Below are positions 60,948 through 64,000 of a stretch of 64,000 nucleotides of DNA, piece by piece. Each line of letters begins with the position of its first letter. The stretch's first letter is position 1. Origin of the DNA: Gemmatimonadales bacterium (GTDB lineage: Bacteria > Gemmatimonadota > Gemmatimonadetes > Gemmatimonadales > GWC2-71-9); assembly GCA_041615815.1 (NCBI GenBank), contig JBFJCP010000003.1:96001-160000 (forward strand), in the 5' to 3' direction. The notes under the pieces were generated by a model. The model ran no database searches and was not told the origin of the DNA. It saw nothing but the letters and a program-made list of their open reading frames with translations. Both the position numbers and the translations under genes were made by a program.

Positions 60948-61382
60948 GTGATGAAGCGAACCCTGGTTGGTGCGTTGGTGGGTGTCGCCGCCCTCGCAGT
61001 CCTGGCTGGTCCAGTGTCCGCACAGAACGTGCGGATCGGGGGCTCGGTCCGACTCTCCGATGACGTCGTGGTTGGCTTCTCGTACGGACGGCCGCACGTC
61101 GACGGCGGGTATTACTACTACTACGATCGGTACAGTCATCGGCATGCGCGGCAGCATCGCAAAGCGGCCCGCAAGCACCGCCGGTACCATCACGCGTTGG
61201 AGCATGAGCATTTCCAGCTCCATCGAGATCTTCGCGATGGGTACGCCGACCGATGGGATCATCGCGAATGGCACGACGCGGCCGAATACGACCACCACCA
61301 TCTGCACGACAAGTTGGATCGTAAGCACCGGCGGGAGCATCGCCGGCAACGCCATCGCCATCCGCGGCACCACCGCCGCTAG
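60948..61382 (+). CDS. Secreted His/Arg-rich low-complexity protein
   Basis: GAGGAGG RBS, signal peptide (PVSA-Q), His/Arg/Asp-rich C-terminus. Confidence 0.75.
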   Translation: MMKRTLVGALVGVAALAVLAGPVSAQNVRIGGSVRLSDDVVVGFSYGRPHVDGGYYYYYDRYSHRHARQHRKAARKHRRYHHALEHEHFQLHRDLRDGYADRWDHREWHDAAEYDHHHLHDKLDRKHRREHRRQRHRHPRHHRR

Positions 61383-61409
61383 CGGCGGCGGCGGTGAACC
61401 GGCGAATGA

Positions 61410-61452
61410 GCGAGCGGCCGGCGCCCTGCGGTGCCGGTCGTTTCGCTTTCTT
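61410..61452 (+). terminator. Rho-independent terminator
   Basis: GCGAGCGGCCGGCGCC-CTGC-GGTGCCGGTCGTTTCGC followed by TTTCTT, between convergent genes. Confidence 0.65.
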
Positions 61453-61464
61453 AGTGGAAACGTT

Positions 61465-62004
61465 CTACGCCCGCGATGCCAAAATCCGCTCGAGTTGGCG
61501 CAGGTGCACGAGGTCGTGGCCGGCGTAGAGCCGAATCATGTGGGCAGCCGTTTCCTCGCCGCGCTCGCTGTGGATGCTGACGCGACCCAGGTCTTCCGGA
61601 GTGAGGCGGGACAAGAGCCGGAGGTTGAGCACCCGAAGCCATGCGAACTGCTCGAGCGCTTCCTTCGGAGTGGTGTCGCGATACCAAAGTCGCGCGGCCC
61701 AACGGTCTTGATCGTACCCGACGAGGGTGGGGCGATCTTCGGCGATCACCATCCTGAGCCGATACGCCCACACCAGATCGGAATCTGCGAGGTGCTGAAG
61801 CACCTCCGTCGCCGACCACTTGCCTGGGGCCTCGGGGTCGAGCAACTCCTGCGGAGCGCGGCCGGTGACCATGTCCCGAAGCCGGCCCGCCGTGCTCGAC
61901 AGGACGTCTCGCGCATCCCTCTCTCCCAACAGGTCGAGAATGGCGGTCACGTATTGGTGCGCAGTCTCCGGCGCGCGCGATGCCGGGTTACTGAAGACAG
62001 ACAT
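61465..62004 (-). CDS. DinB/YfiT-family putative metalloenzyme
   Basis: PGKWS..EVL.HL.D.D, YDQD.WA, HSERGE, AGHD..HL.Q. Confidence 0.9.
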   Translation of the reverse strand: MSVFSNPASRAPETAHQYVTAILDLLGERDARDVLSSTAGRLRDMVTGRAPQELLDPEAPGKWSATEVLQHLADSDLVWAYRLRMVIAEDRPTLVGYDQDRWAARLWYRDTTPKEALEQFAWLRVLNLRLLSRLTPEDLGRVSIHSERGEETAAHMIRLYAGHDLVHLRQLERILASRA

Positions 62005-62072
62005 CTCGGATTCCCTTCAGTTCGGGGCGCAGCTCGGCGAGCCCTCGACCCACCCGGGAGGCGTGGGCAGCC
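61891..62072. repeat. Diverged direct repeat, copy A (DinB 5' end + remnant of propeller-gene 3' end)
   Basis: Aligns with 62978-63157; 37-bp identical core at 62036-62072. Confidence 0.9.
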
Positions 62073-62141
62073 TCCCATTCCACGTGGGGCTGGCGCGCGG
62101 CGGAGGTTGCTGCCGTCAGCATTACCCACAACGACGGGCCC

Positions 62142-62975
62142 CTAGGACCTGTGTACATCGACTTCAGCGCGTTGTGTGCTCTTCTCGGATGCTGGCCTCT
62201 TCAGATTGGTGGGCACTCCGACGACGGCGCTCAAGGACTCAGCCCCTCTACACCCAAAGAATGCGAGCATCTTGTGAACCTGTTCAAGAGAGTTGAGTTC
62301 TTCGATGTCCACTTCGTAGTATTTGATTCTCGGGAACCGCGCCTTGAAGGCCGCAGCCTGTGCCGCAGTCTCGTGCACATACCATAGAAGGCAATCGAAC
62401 TCATAGTTCGCCAACCAGTGCGGAGGCTGCAGTTTCACTCGGAAGACCTTTGTAAACAACCGACGTGCAATCTCGTACACGAAGGACACACCAAGACTGA
62501 CCGTATACGATACCGTTGGTGAACCCAGCACTGCCGGCGGAACTACTAAGGAATTCCTCTTGTCAGGCGTTGTTATCCAATGCCTGCCAAAAGGCATGAG
62601 GGGAGAACAGCCGATCCTCAACAAGCTTCTCGCGATCTTCGAAGGATCTCTCTTCAGGACGATGACTCCCATTCTGTCCTGGGGAATGTATTGAGGCAGA
62701 ATCCACCCGAACCCCTTTATGAAACAGTGGTTCGTTTCAACGTATACATCGCAATCACGCTTGATGGTTTCGATCCTTAGGGCCTTTTCTTGTGCTAGTT
62801 CCTTCATCAGGCCCTGATGACCTTTCGCGTAATGGCGCATGGCTCTTCCATTACCTATGGGCTGGGACTCATGAAAGGCTTGGCACCCCGCCACGTGATC
62901 GAATAGCGTCTTTAGGTATTGGGAACCAGATCTGCCGGTATTGATCGAGAATATGTAATCGGTTGTTTTATCCAT
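62142..62975 (-). CDS. Sulfotransferase-like P-loop protein, low GC
   Basis: SINTGRSGS (PAPS-loop-like), HES, LKRDP..IARS; sampled 60-nt lines are about 45-47% GC versus about 75% in a flanking line. Confidence 0.7.
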   Translation of the reverse strand: MDKTTDYIFSINTGRSGSQYLKTLFDHVAGCQAFHESQPIGNGRAMRHYAKGHQGLMKELAQEKALRIETIKRDCDVYVETNHCFIKGFGWILPQYIPQDRMGVIVLKRDPSKIARSLLRIGCSPLMPFGRHWITTPDKRNSLVVPPAVLGSPTVSYTVSLGVSFVYEIARRLFTKVFRVKLQPPHWLANYEFDCLLWYVHETAAQAAAFKARFPRIKYYEVDIEELNSLEQVHKMLAFFGCRGAESLSAVVGVPTNLKRPASEKSTQRAEVDVHRS

Positions 62976-62977
62976 GG

Positions 62978-63157
62978 CGTGCTCGACACGTCCTCTCGGG
63001 AACCCTCTCTTTCACCAGGTCGAGAATGCCGGCCACCGAATGGTGCGTAACCTCCGGCCCGCAGAGGCCGGATCACTGAAGACGGACATCCCGGACCTCG
63101 CTCAGTTCGGAGCACACATGGGCGAGCCCTCGACCCACCCGGGAGGCGTGGGCAGCC
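62978..63157. repeat. Diverged direct repeat, copy B (frameshifted DinB 5' remnant + intact propeller-gene 3' end)
   Basis: Minus-strand ATG at 63089 encodes MSVFSDPAS (compare DinB MSVFSNPAS), then frameshifts. Confidence 0.88.
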
Positions 63158-64000
63158 CGATCCCCATGCCACAGATGACATCCAAATCGCGGTGCGCCGC
63201 CACCGCGTTCCACCCAAACCCGCTGGACGTCACGAGATCGAACGCAACCCCGGATAGTTCATCCCATTCCAGATCGAATCGGCTCATCGCATAGGTGCGG
63301 TGTTCGGCGTAGTACCGCTCCTGCGCGTTCACGACGGCTCGGAGAGACGCTCGAAGGGCCTCGAGCAACCGCGCTCGCTCCGCTTCCGCGGGGGCGCCGC
63401 CATCATCACGGCTGCGCACCCAAGGGGGCGGGTGGGCGGTGCGCGTCGACCGCTCCAGCGCATAGAAACGAATGAAGTTGACGTCGGACTCGTCACGCCA
63501 ACGACCCAAGACGAACTCTTCGCCGATGTGATGGGGCTCGAACGATCGGGGCGTTTCGACGACCGCCACCACACGACCACCGGGATCGACCACCGTCCAT
63601 CGCCCAGCGAGCGCGGCTTCGACGGGGAACTCCCGAATCCATGCATGCCCGGCGTCGTCGACGCTGACATACCGATAGGCTGGACTCCCGTCGGGAAGCG
63701 GCAGCGCACGCAGTGCATTTCGCACCCGCGTGCGGGTCTCCGCGAGCAGCCCTCCTTCAATCCAGTACCGCCGGAAGAGCCAGACGTCGGCGGGGAACTG
63801 CTCCTCCTGGCTCACCGAATCGATCGGACTCACCCCGAGGAACACACCCGCGGTGTCAAACATCGACACCCGACCGGTTCCGTCGAGCGCCAGTAGCGTA
63901 CCCGGAGTGAATTGATACACGCGTCGGAGTCCGCGAAACTCGCCCGGCCCCCGGCCCCACCTCCCGACGGCACGCACGAACCGACCGCCCGCTTCGTAGA
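63102..64000 (-). CDS. 6-bladed-propeller-like protein with C-terminal pilin-like helical domain, 5'-truncated by window edge
   Basis: GRWGRGPGEF, VDDAGHAW, W.VVDP.G; tail LRAVVNAQERYYAEHRTY..C..C. Confidence 0.65.
   Translation of the reverse strand, partial: YEAGGRFVRAVGRWGRGPGEFRGLRRVYQFTPGTLLALDGTGRVSMFDTAGVFLGVSPIDSVSQEEQFPADVWLFRRYWIEGGLLAETRTRVRNALRALPLPDGSPAYRYVSVDDAGHAWIREFPVEAALAGRWTVVDPGGRVVAVVETPRSFEPHHIGEEFVLGRWRDESDVNFIRFYALERSTRTAHPPPWVRSRDDGGAPAEAERARLLEALRASLRAVVNAQERYYAEHRTYAMSRFDLEWDELSGVAFDLVTSSGFGWNAVAAHRDLDVICGMGIGLPTPPGWVEGSPMCAPN

Noticed and set aside
60967..62145. 392 aa plus-strand ORF
   Set aside because: Overlaps the His-rich gene out of frame, crosses a terminator, and runs antisense to DinB

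Overview
High-GC bacterial chromosomal window. The gene content (MglAB beside recR/dnaX, many Ser/Thr kinase and FHA genes, HmuY, lipoproteins, class II RNR) suggests a Gemmatimonadota-like diderm; this is an inference. Layout: (1) iscS-mnmA followed by alpha/beta-hydrolase, HmuY and OsmC genes. (2) A ~12 kb accessory stretch (3.6-15.6 kb) of small genes, some decayed. It includes a 3-gene minus-strand operon: DUF350-like membrane protein, glutathionylspermidine-synthetase-like ATP-grasp ligase, and an unknown protein ending in a GGFG...SSSGGG tail. (3) An osmoprotectant ABC transporter and a CPA2 antiporter. (4) A degenerate-GGDEF response regulator / HEAT / processive GT2 module. (5) A ~1 kb structured intergenic region and two lipoproteins. 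(6) A long minus-strand housekeeping run: dnaJ, grpE, cinA, pgsA, mglAB, recR, ybaB, dnaX, SRP RNA, trkAH, ltaE, pyk, cobB, ispG, nrdJ. (7) A kinase/FHA/PP2C/FHA-protease cluster with an amidase. (8) A sigma54-type His-rich secreted protein, and a low-GC sulfotransferase-like gene between two diverged ~180 bp direct repeats. The best candidate for an undescribed system is the ATP-grasp ligase operon at 10.4-13.3 kb. I recognised no tRNA, rRNA, CRISPR array or transposase. All family calls come from motif recognition by eye, not database searches; several start codons were re-chosen by eye.
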